The notes under the pieces are model-generated. The model was given only the letters and a program-made list of their open reading frames with translations. It was not told the origin of the DNA and did no database searches. The position numbers and the translations under genes are program-made. A stretch of DNA of 63,741 nt, filler included. It is 8 parts of 8 records of this genome, joined end to end, with 100 filler letters (N's around TTAATTAATTAA, not from the genome) between each part and the next. Parts side by side here need not be neighbours in the genome. Positions count along the whole stretch, not along the records: positions 1 to 7,122 come from DRR723986_14104; positions 7,223 to 14,549 come from DRR723986_14116; 6 more parts are not named here. The stretch is one strand, 5' to 3'. Shown here piece by piece: positions 1 through 8,371 of the stretch; within the stretch, counting starts at the first letter, position 1, and every line of letters begins with the position of its first letter.

Positions 1-16
1 ACAGCGCTTCGCGCTT

Positions 17-216
17 CCTCAGGATGAGGGGGGTGGGGGCAGTTTGGGTAAAGCAGCTTTCCGGGTTGGTCAGTCCGATAGCGTGATCTGTCTGGCGTGG
101 TGATCTGCATACTTGGCAGGCAGACAGTCTGTTTTCCAGCCGACCAAGGACATTTCAATCCACAGCCCTACAGCCTCATCCTGAGGAGGGCCAACCGGCC
201 CGTCTCGAAGGATGGG
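17..216. repeat. Rhizobiales-type REP-like palindromic intergenic repeats
   Basis: CCTCAGGATGAGG (17-29) and its exact reverse complement CCTCATCCTGAGG (174-186). The second copy begins a CCTCATCCTGAGGAG...CGTCTCGAAGGATGGG unit typical of alphaproteobacterial intergenic repeats. Confidence 0.55.
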
Positions 217-302
217 CACCTTGTTCCGGAATTACCAGTTTTCCGGCCCCGCCTTGCTTTGCATATGGACGGGACCCGACGGGGAGGTAGTGCCCGCAAG
301 TG

Positions 303-1091
303 TCACCCTTCGACCGACCCAAGTAGCTCCTTTGCCTGCCGGGCTGCACCGCGGATGGCCGCGGCATAGAGGGTGACGTCGATCGAGGTGGCGACGAAGG
401 TCGCGCCAAGCTCCAGACAGGTGCGGGCGAAGTCCAGATTGGTGGTCAGGATACCCGGTGCCTTGCCGGCATTCTTGATGCGTTTCATGGCGTCGAGGAT
501 CGCGGCAACGACTTCAGGATGCATCGGGTCACCGAGGTGGCCCATATCGGCGGCCAGATCCGAGGGCCCGATGAAGACACCATCAACGCCGTCGACCGAC
601 AGAATGCCGTCGAGGTCTGCCAGGCCAGCGCGGTTTTCCACCTGAACCAGCAGGCAGATCTCACCGTCGGCAGTCGTCAGATAGTCGGGAATGGCGGAAA
701 AGCCGGACGCGCGGGCAAGCGCGGATCCAACGCCGCGCACACCTACCGGCGGATAACGTACGGCACTGACGAGCTCTTCTGCCTGCGCCTTGCTTTCCAC
801 CATCGGGACCAGCAGCGATTGCGCACCGGCATCCAGGAACTGCTTGATCATCCAGGTCTCGCCGATGGGTACCCGCACGACCGGCTTGCTGGTGGAGGCC
901 TCGACCACTTTCAGCTGCGCCATCATGGATCTGAGGTCGTTGGGCGCGTGTTCGCAATCGATCAACAGCCAGTCGAAGCCGGCACTCGCGGTAATCTCCG
1001 CCGTGTAGGCATCGGCAAGCCCTACCCAGCAGCCCATCTGCGGCTGACCGGAGTTCAAGGCGGCTTTGAAGGCGTTTTGAGGCGCTGGCAT
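303..1091 (-). CDS. hpaI: 4-hydroxy-2-oxoheptanedioate aldolase (HpcH/HpaI family)
   Basis: Start trimmed to MPAPQNAFK. Motifs GFDWLLIDCEH, LDAGAQ.L.VPMV, YPP.G.RG, VQVE, DGVFIGPSDL. hpa cluster context. Confidence 0.9.
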   Translation of the reverse strand: MPAPQNAFKAALNSGQPQMGCWVGLADAYTAEITASAGFDWLLIDCEHAPNDLRSMMAQLKVVEASTSKPVVRVPIGETWMIKQFLDAGAQSLLVPMVESKAQAEELVSAVRYPPVGVRGVGSALARASGFSAIPDYLTTADGEICLLVQVENRAGLADLDGILSVDGVDGVFIGPSDLAADMGHLGDPMHPEVVAAILDAMKRIKNAGKAPGILTTNLDFARTCLELGATFVATSIDVTLYAAAIRGAARQAKELLGSVEG

Positions 1092-1102
1092 GGTTTTCCC
1101 TA

Positions 1103-1909
1103 TTAGGCGAAGGAGCAGGATACAGACCCGAACGGGCCGAAGTCGGCGTGGACCTTCGAACCGGACGGGCATTCGACCGGCCGGATGAAGGATCCGGACA
1201 GAATAATCTGTCCGGCTTCGATTGTCTGTCCGTAATCGGCCATGCGCCGTGCCAGCCAAACGACGCTCTCGACCGGATCGTTGAGGACGCCCGCACCAAG
1301 ACCGGTCTCCTCTACTTCACCGTTCCTGGTGACGATGGCGCCGGCCCAACGCAGGTCGAATGCCCCGGGATCATGCTTTTCGTTGCCCAGAACCAGGCCG
1401 GCATTGGCGGCGTTATCGGCAATGGTGTCGAAGATCTTGCGAGCCTGTCCCGTCTCCGGATCGACGCGCTGGATGCGCGTATCGAGAATCTCCAGGCTCG
1501 GGCACACGTGATCCGTTGCCGCAAGTACATCCTGGCGCGTGACGTTGGCGCCACCGAGAGAGGCCTTCATGACAAAGGCAATTTCCGCTTCGATGCGCGG
1601 CTGGATGAACCGGCCCCTGGGGACAGTGGCTCCGGTTTCAAACAGCATGTTGTCGAAAAGGACGCCGCTGTCCGGAATGTCGATCTTGAGCGCGTCCTGC
1701 ATGGCTTTCGACGTCAGACCGATCTTCCAGCCGATGATCTTGCGGCCTTCGGCAAGCTTCGCCCTGGCAAGTTCTTTCTGGATTGCATAGGCCCCGTCCA
1801 TGTCGAGGCTCGGATGGCGCAGGGTGAGAAGACCGATCTGCTCGAGCGTCTTTTCCGCGTTTAGGAGATCGTTTGCGGCTTTGGAGATGTCTGCTTCGCT
1901 CAGGCTCAT
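1103..1909 (-). CDS. hpaH: 2-oxo-hept-4-ene-1,7-dioate hydratase
   Basis: GWKIGLTSKAMQ, PRIEAEIAF, DTIADNAANAG, ETGLGAGVLNDP, ILSGSF. Confidence 0.92.
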   Translation of the reverse strand: MSLSEADISKAANDLLNAEKTLEQIGLLTLRHPSLDMDGAYAIQKELARAKLAEGRKIIGWKIGLTSKAMQDALKIDIPDSGVLFDNMLFETGATVPRGRFIQPRIEAEIAFVMKASLGGANVTRQDVLAATDHVCPSLEILDTRIQRVDPETGQARKIFDTIADNAANAGLVLGNEKHDPGAFDLRWAGAIVTRNGEVEETGLGAGVLNDPVESVVWLARRMADYGQTIEAGQIILSGSFIRPVECPSGSKVHADFGPFGSVSCSFA

Positions 1910-2760
1910 TTTTCGTCCTCCACCCCGTTCCGCAAGATGCCGATGCCATCGACCTCGATTTCGACCACGTCACCGGGTTTCAGATAGCGGGGAGGGTCGA
2001 ACCGGGCGCCGGCACCTGTTGGCGTGCCGGTGACGATGATGTCGCCGGGCTGAAGCGTCATGAAAGTCGAGATGTAGGCGATTTCCTCACGGATCGGGAA
2101 TGTCATGCGCTTCAGGTAATCATCCTGGCGCAGCTCTCCGTTGACGCGGGTCTGAATGCGGGCCTCATCCAGTTGCTCTGCCTTTTCGAAAGGCACGAGC
2201 CAGGGACCGATTGAACCGGAGCGGTCCCAGTTCTTGCCCTGGGTGACGTTGAATTTCGCGTGCCGGACCCAGTCGCGGATGGTGCCTTCGTTGCACAGGG
2301 TCAGGGCGCAGATATGGTCGTAGGCATCTTCCGCCTTGATGCGTCGGCCGGTCTTGCCGATGACGATGGCCACTTCGCCCTCGTAATCGAGTGTGTGGTT
2401 TTCGGGCGGCCGGATCAGCGGCCGGTCGTGGCCGGTGAACCCGCTGGCAAACCGCGGGAACAAGGACATGTATTTCGGTTGGGTGCTGCCGTCCTTGTAC
2501 TCCGCATTGCGGTCGGGAAAGTTGACGCCAACACACAGGATCCGCGGCGCGTTCGGCAGCACCATTTCATAAGTGAACTCGGAATGCGTAACCGGCTTGT
2601 CCTTTGCGGCAGTGACAAGATCCAGCAGACCGCCGGCGCGAATGGCGTCGTAAAGCGTCGGCCACTGCGGAAAATCCGGTGACAGGGCGATCATGCCGGT
2701 ATCAGTGACGGCACCGTAAAATTCCTGTCCGTCGGCGCTGTAGGTTGCGAGCCGGGTCAT
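1906..2760 (-). CDS. Fumarylacetoacetate hydrolase family protein (HpaG-like decarboxylase/isomerase)
   Basis: ILCVGVN, LDYEGE, NEGTIRDW, GKNWD...GPW, GDIIVTGTP. Overlaps neighbouring hpa genes. Confidence 0.85.
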   Translation of the reverse strand: MTRLATYSADGQEFYGAVTDTGMIALSPDFPQWPTLYDAIRAGGLLDLVTAAKDKPVTHSEFTYEMVLPNAPRILCVGVNFPDRNAEYKDGSTQPKYMSLFPRFASGFTGHDRPLIRPPENHTLDYEGEVAIVIGKTGRRIKAEDAYDHICALTLCNEGTIRDWVRHAKFNVTQGKNWDRSGSIGPWLVPFEKAEQLDEARIQTRVNGELRQDDYLKRMTFPIREEIAYISTFMTLQPGDIIVTGTPTGAGARFDPPRYLKPGDVVEIEVDGIGILRNGVEDEK

Positions 2761-4175
2761 GCGGTCTCCATGTTTCTGGCAATTTCGGTAATGACATCGA
2801 AGGCAAAGGCGACGTCTTCCTGTGTGCAGTCGAACTGCCCGACCTGGAAACGGACGACCTTGGCACCGTCCAGCAGGGTCTGGGTCAGGTAGATCCGGCC
2901 ATCGTCGTTGATGGTATCGACGAGGCGCTGGTTGAGCGTGTCGAGGTCCCTTGCACTTTCAGGGGCAAAGCGAAAACTGAACAGGGAAAGGACGGGCTCG
3001 GAGGTGATTTCAAAATCCGGTTCTGCGCGCAATCGCTCGGCCAGAGCAGCCGACCAGTCGACATGGTTGCGCAGACGCCCTCGCAGGCCTTCCAAACCGT
3101 AGGAGCGCATCAGGAACCAGAGCTTCAAGGCCCGGAAACGGCGGCCGAGCGGAACGGACCATTCGGAATAGTTGACGATCCCGTCGTGGCCGTGGGTTTT
3201 CAGATATTCCGGCCGGATCGCCAAAGTGCGCACAAGGTCTTCCGGATCGCGGACGAAATGGGCGGAACAATCGAACTGGGCACCAAGCCATTTGTGCGGA
3301 TTGAAGACCATGGAATCGACGCCGTCGACGCCTTCCCAGAGCTCGCGGTACTCGGGGACGATCATCGCCGCGCCTGCCCAGGCCGCATCAAGATGCACAT
3401 AGAGGCCGAAGTCTTTCGCGACCGTGACGACCGCGCCAACATCATCCGACGCGCCAACGCCGGTGCCACCGGTGCAGGCGATGATGCCGGCTGGCCGGAA
3501 ACCTGCCGCAAGATCGGCTTCGATGGCCGCACGCAGCGCGTCCGGATCCATGGAGCGATGTGGGCCCAGAACGGGGATACGCACCAGATTGTCCTGGCCG
3601 ATGCCGGAGATCCAGATGGCCCTGTCGATGGAGGTGTGGACCTCGTTGGAGGAATAGACCCGAAGGCGCGGTTGTCCGCTGAGGCCGGCCTTGTTGCCAT
3701 CCCAGGAAAGGGCGCGCTCGCGCATGGTCAGGACGGCAGCGAGAGTTGCGGTGGAGGCGCTGTCCTGGATCACTCCGGTAAAGGACCCGGGCAGACCGAC
3801 GGCCTGGCGCAGCCAGTCCATCATCCTGGTTTCCATCTCGGTTGCCGCCGGAGAGGTCTGCCAAAGCATGCACTGCGCCGCCATGGCGGTAACGAGATAT
3901 TCCGCCAGCATTGACGGTGGAGACGCATTGGCGGGGAAATAGGCGAAGAAGCGAGGGTGTTGCCAATGGGTCATGCCCGGCAGCACGATCTTCTCGAAGT
4001 CCGCGAAGATCTTCTCCATCTCCTCGGCAAGTTCGGGAGGTGCCTCGGGCAGGGCGTTGAGGATTTCACCCGGCTTCACCTGGGCACGGACAGGCCGCTG
4101 CCGCAGTGTCTGGTGATAATCTGCGGCCCAGTCGGCCACCCTCCGGCCCCAGCCGGCAAAGTCAGTCCAGTTCAT
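2757..4175 (-). CDS. PLP-dependent aromatic-L-amino-acid (DOPA/tyrosine) decarboxylase family
   Basis: Start trimmed to MNWTDF. PGMTHWQHPRFFAYFP, SPAATEME, HLDAAWAG, FNPHKWL (PLP lysine), PLGRRFRALKLW. Confidence 0.9.
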   Translation of the reverse strand: MNWTDFAGWGRRVADWAADYHQTLRQRPVRAQVKPGEILNALPEAPPELAEEMEKIFADFEKIVLPGMTHWQHPRFFAYFPANASPPSMLAEYLVTAMAAQCMLWQTSPAATEMETRMMDWLRQAVGLPGSFTGVIQDSASTATLAAVLTMRERALSWDGNKAGLSGQPRLRVYSSNEVHTSIDRAIWISGIGQDNLVRIPVLGPHRSMDPDALRAAIEADLAAGFRPAGIIACTGGTGVGASDDVGAVVTVAKDFGLYVHLDAAWAGAAMIVPEYRELWEGVDGVDSMVFNPHKWLGAQFDCSAHFVRDPEDLVRTLAIRPEYLKTHGHDGIVNYSEWSVPLGRRFRALKLWFLMRSYGLEGLRGRLRNHVDWSAALAERLRAEPDFEITSEPVLSLFSFRFAPESARDLDTLNQRLVDTINDDGRIYLTQTLLDGAKVVRFQVGQFDCTQEDVAFAFDVITEIARNMETA

Positions 4176-4204
4176 CGCATTCTTCCAACCATTGTCTGTT
4201 TCAC

Positions 4205-5185
4205 CTATGGCGCAACAATCGGTTGTGCGGCAAGGCTGGGGGCTTGAACTTCGGTTCCTTCGAACAGGGATCCTTCCTCGAACCAGCTCTTGGGAGCCGG
4301 TGCGCCCCAAAGGGTCTGCCGCTGCGGATCCTTCAGGTCCCACCTGATCGGTTCCAGATCCGGATCGACCGTCTGGTAATCCGAACAGTAGATCTCGATC
4401 CGGTGGCCGTCCGGGTCTCGAATGTAGAGGAAGAAGGCGTTGGAAATGCCGTGTCGGCCCGGGCCGCGCTCGATATTGGATACCCAGCCAGTGGTTGCCA
4501 TCAGGTCGAGCAGGTCGATGATATTGAGCGGGGTCGGCACCCAGAACGCCGTGTGGTGGAGGCGCGGGCCCTTGCCGTTGGTGAAGGCAATGTCGTGGAC
4601 GCCGCCCTTGCGGTGGGTCCAGGCGGCCCACAGACGGCCGGTTGCCTCGTCTTCCGTGTATTCGGTCACCCTGAAGCCAAGCTCGTTGTAGAAGGCAACG
4701 GAAGCATCGACGTCCGGCGAGAAGCAGTTGAAGTGGTCGATGCGGAGCGGCTTTACGCCCTTGTAGAGCGCGTATTTCTGATGGATCGGCGGCAGGCGGT
4801 CCATCTTGGCATAGAACTCCAGCGGAATGCCGTGCGGATCGCGGGTCCGGAATGTGCGTGACTGATAGGGCCGCTCGACCCAGTCGACCGGCAACCCCTT
4901 GCCCTTGAAGAAGTGCGCGGCCTTGTCGAGGTTTTCCTCGTCGAACACCTTGAAGCCGAGATCACGGGCAGCGGCGTCCGCCGATTTGCGCAGGACAAGG
5001 CAATGGTGGCCGCGTTCTTCCATGGCGCGCAGATAGATCGCCTCATCGGATTCGTCCGTGACCTGAAGGCCGAGCGTGTCGACATAGAAGGCCCGGCTCT
5101 TGGCCAGATCCTTGACGCCCAGTTCCACATGGCTGAGCCGGATGATGTTGAAGGGCGGATAGAGATTGGGGGCCGGAATGGGCAT
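4205..5185 (-). CDS. hpaD: 3,4-dihydroxyphenylacetate 2,3-dioxygenase, VOC/glyoxalase (type I extradiol) family
   Basis: Start MPIPAPNLY. RLSHVEL, RIDHFN, HDIAFT, RLHH, ERGPGRHGISNAFFLYIRDPDGHRIE. Confidence 0.9.
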   Translation of the reverse strand: MPIPAPNLYPPFNIIRLSHVELGVKDLAKSRAFYVDTLGLQVTDESDEAIYLRAMEERGHHCLVLRKSADAAARDLGFKVFDEENLDKAAHFFKGKGLPVDWVERPYQSRTFRTRDPHGIPLEFYAKMDRLPPIHQKYALYKGVKPLRIDHFNCFSPDVDASVAFYNELGFRVTEYTEDEATGRLWAAWTHRKGGVHDIAFTNGKGPRLHHTAFWVPTPLNIIDLLDLMATTGWVSNIERGPGRHGISNAFFLYIRDPDGHRIEIYCSDYQTVDPDLEPIRWDLKDPQRQTLWGAPAPKSWFEEGSLFEGTEVQAPSLAAQPIVAP

Positions 5186-5205
5186 GGAAGGCTCCTGCGA
5201 TAAAC

Positions 5206-6060
5206 CTATTGGACCGGGAAAATGACGTTGGTCTGTCCGGTACCGGAACTGGGGAAATAGTCGGTCACGACCTCGCATTCGGCGGTGTAGCTGTCCCAGC
5301 CGAGCGCGCCGTAGAGCATGGCGGTGTCGTGCATGGAGCCTTCGCCGCAGCAATGGTCGGCATATTCCGGCAGCATCTTCAGGAAGGTGGCATGATCGCC
5401 CCTCCGCCACATGTCGAGGACATGCAGATCGACCTGCCGGTTGAACTCGGACGAGATGGTGAAAGTGCCGTTGTTGGCGGCGTAGTCCTTGTTGGCCCAG
5501 ATCTTGTGAGACAGGGAGCCTGAGGCAAGCAGCAGCACCTTCTCGTCACTGGCTTCGACTGCCGCCCGGATCGCTTCGCCGACGATGCGGCTCTCGTCAT
5601 GGCCGTGCACCGTGCACCAGGCGGCGACCGACACGACCTTCATGTCGTGTTCCCGGCTCATGAACCGCATCGGCACCAGCGTGCCGTATTCAAGTTCCAG
5701 GCTGTCGAGATGATGGGCGAGCGTGAAAGCGCCGCGCTCGGTTGCCTCTCTTGCGATGGCGTCGCCCATCTCCGGGTTGCCCTCGTAGGCGTAAGGCAGG
5801 TTCTGGATGAAATGCGGAAATTCGTTCGAGGTGAACAGGCCTTCGAACCGCTTGTTGGCATTGATGTGAAAGCCTGCGTTGATCACCCAATGCGTGTCGC
5901 AGACGATCGCCGTCGTCGCGCCGAGCGCTTTTGCCCGGCGCGCGATTTCGTAATGACCGTTGATGGCCGGCTGACGCTTGCCCTCCACAGGTCCGGGCTG
6001 TTCCGACATCAGCATGGTCGGCACATGCGTGACCTTGGCCGCGAGAACGATTTCTCCCAT
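5206..6060 (-). CDS. hpaD: 3,4-dihydroxyphenylacetate 2,3-dioxygenase, E. coli HpcB-type (LigB-like)
   Basis: LAAKVTHVP, DTHW, TSNEFPHFI, LEYGTLVPMR, LASGSLSH, EGSMHDTAML, SSGTGQ, all resembling E. coli HpcB. Confidence 0.88.
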   Translation of the reverse strand: MGEIVLAAKVTHVPTMLMSEQPGPVEGKRQPAINGHYEIARRAKALGATTAIVCDTHWVINAGFHINANKRFEGLFTSNEFPHFIQNLPYAYEGNPEMGDAIAREATERGAFTLAHHLDSLELEYGTLVPMRFMSREHDMKVVSVAAWCTVHGHDESRIVGEAIRAAVEASDEKVLLLASGSLSHKIWANKDYAANNGTFTISSEFNRQVDLHVLDMWRRGDHATFLKMLPEYADHCCGEGSMHDTAMLYGALGWDSYTAECEVVTDYFPSSGTGQTNVIFPVQ

Positions 6061-6101
6061 AGTCTCCTCCCGTTACTGCGATCTTATGTCGTTCACATTC
6101 C

Positions 6102-7122
6102 TCACGCACCAAGGCGCGGGATGGCGTGCTGGCCGGTCGCAAAGCCGATGTGTTTCTGCTCCATGTAGAATTCGAACGACCAGTCGCCGCCGTCGCGGCC
6201 GATGCCACTGGCCTTGACGCCGCCGAAGGGGGTGGGCAGGTGGCGGACGTTTTCCGAGTTCACCCAGATCATGCCCGCTTCCAGAGCGTTGGTGAACCTC
6301 AGCGCCCGCGTCAGGTCGTTGGTCCAGACGTAGCCGGTCAGGCCGTAGGGAATGTCATTGGCGATCTGAAGTGCTTCTTCTTCCGAACTGAAGCGGATGG
6401 AGGTCAGGACCGGGCCGAAGATTTCTTCCTGGGCGATCTTCATGGAGTTGTTCGCGCCGGTGAAGAGGGTCGGGCGTACGAAACAGCCTTCCGTCCCGAC
6501 GCGGCTGCCGCCAGCGGCAATCGTTGCACCGTCCTGGCGGGCGGTTTCGAAGTAGCCGGTCACCTTGTCGAAATGGGTCTTGTGGATCAGCGGGCCGATT
6601 TCGGTCTTTGGGTCGAGGGGATGACCGACCCTGATGTTGTTCACCCGCTCGATGAGCCTTGCCTCGAATTCATCGGCAATCGTGTCCTGCACCAGAAGGC
6701 GCGAGGACGAGGTGCAGCGCTCTCCGTTGAGCGAATAGATCATGAAGATTGCCGCATCCAGCGCCCGGCCGAGATCGGCATCGTCGAAAACGATCACGGG
6801 GTTCTTGCCGCCGAGCTCGAAATGCACCCGCTTCAGGGTTTCCGCCCCCTGTCGCATGATCATGGACCCGGTGCGGCTCTCGCCGACGAAGGCGATGGCC
6901 TTGATGTCAGGATGTTCTGTCAGGGCCTTGCCGGCTTCTTCGCCGAGGCCGTTGACAAGGTTCCAGACACCTTTCGGCAGGCCGGCTTCTTCTGCAATTT
7001 CCATCAGGATGCGTGCAGTGACTGGAGAAAATTCCGCCGGCTTGTGGACCACGGTGCAGCCTGCTGCGAGCGCCGGCGCGATCTTCCAGGTCGACAGCAT
7101 GAAAGGCGTGTTCCAGGGCGTG
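6102..7122 (-). CDS. hpaE: 5-carboxymethyl-2-hydroxymuconate semialdehyde dehydrogenase (5' truncated by contig end)
   Basis: ALDH motifs FVGESRTG, ELGGKNP, NGERCT, EEIFGP, NVRHLPTPFGG. hpa context. Confidence 0.88.
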
Positions 7123-7222
7123 NNNNNNNNNNNNNNNNNNNNNNNNNNNNNNNNNNNNNNNNNNNNTTAATTAATTAANNNNNNNNNNNNNNNNNNNNNN
7201 NNNNNNNNNNNNNNNNNNNNNN
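7123..7222. other. Artificial contig linker
   Basis: N44-TTAATTAATTAA-N44, with stop codons in all frames. Confidence 0.98.
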
Positions 7223-7877
7223 CGACTGCATCGACTGCATGGCCTGCGTCAATGTCTGCCCGGTGGGCATCGACATCCGGGACGGTCAACAGCTGGAATG
7301 CATCACCTGTGCGCTCTGCATCGACGCCTGCGATGACATCATGGCCAAGATCGGCAAGCCGCGCGGGCTGATTGATTACATGGCCTTGACCGACGAGGCG
7401 AATGAACGGGCCGGGAATGAGAAGAAACCGGTCTGGCAGCATATCTTCCGTCTGCGTACGATCATCTACACCGCCTTGTGGTCCGCTATCGGTATAGGAC
7501 TGACAGTAATGCTGTTCATCCGGTCCGACATCGACATCACCGTGTCGCCGGTGCGCAACCCGACCTATGTGACTCTGTCTGACGGCACCATCCGCAACAC
7601 CTATGACGTGCGGATCAGGAACATGCAGCATGATGCAACCGACTTCCATATCTCGCTGACCTCGGAAGAGATCCTGCGGGTCGAACTGGAAGGCACCGAT
7701 CTGCTGACCGTCACCGTGCCGGCCGACAGCACCCAGTTGCAGCGCGTCTACGTTCTGGCCCGCCCGGATGATCCAGCGGCCAGCGAGGATCGCACCGATT
7801 TCCGCATCTGGGTGGAAGATCAGGCCAGCGGCACCCGCACTTATCAGGATACCGTGTTCAACGGACGGGAGAATTGA
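7223..7877 (+). CDS. ccoG: cbb3 oxidase accessory ferredoxin-like protein CcoG/FixG (5' truncated)
   Basis: DCIDCMACVNVCPVGIDIR..Q.ECITCALCIDAC and a FixG C-terminal domain. Confidence 0.92.
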
Positions 7878-7878
7878 C

Positions 7879-8364
7879 ATGACCGACGCAGAGCAGCAGA
7901 CGCAGGGCCGCGAACTGACGGGCCGCAAGGTTCTGATGATCTTCATCGCGGGCTTTGGCGTCATCATCGGCGTGAACCTGTTCATGGCGTTCAACGCCAT
8001 CAGCACCTTTCCGGGGCTGGAAGTGTCGTCTTCCTACGCCGACAGCCAGGATTTCAATCTGCGCCGCGATGCGCAGCAGGCGCTTGGCTGGACCGCTTCG
8101 GTCGAGGTTGATGCCGAGGCTGGCATCCTGACCCTGCATCTGGTCGATGACAGTGGCCAGCCCGTCGCCCCTGCTGAGTTCGAGGCGCTGCTGACCCGCC
8201 CCACCAACCGCGAGGAAGATCAACTGCTGAACCTGACACGAAACGCAGGCGCTTTCACCGCTCCGGTCTCTGTGTCTCAGGGCCGTTGGCGGCTGCGCCT
8301 GACCGGCACCGCCCGCGACGGCACCGACTACCGTCACAACATCACCTTCACTGTGCGGGGATAA
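7879..8364 (+). CDS. ccoH: FixH/CcoH family protein
   Basis: LTGRKVL..F..FGVIIGVNLFM...A.STFPGL..SY. Lies between ccoG and ccoI. Confidence 0.88.
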   Translation: MTDAEQQTQGRELTGRKVLMIFIAGFGVIIGVNLFMAFNAISTFPGLEVSSSYADSQDFNLRRDAQQALGWTASVEVDAEAGILTLHLVDDSGQPVAPAEFEALLTRPTNREEDQLLNLTRNAGAFTAPVSVSQGRWRLRLTGTARDGTDYRHNITFTVRG

Positions 8365-8371
8365 ACCTGCC

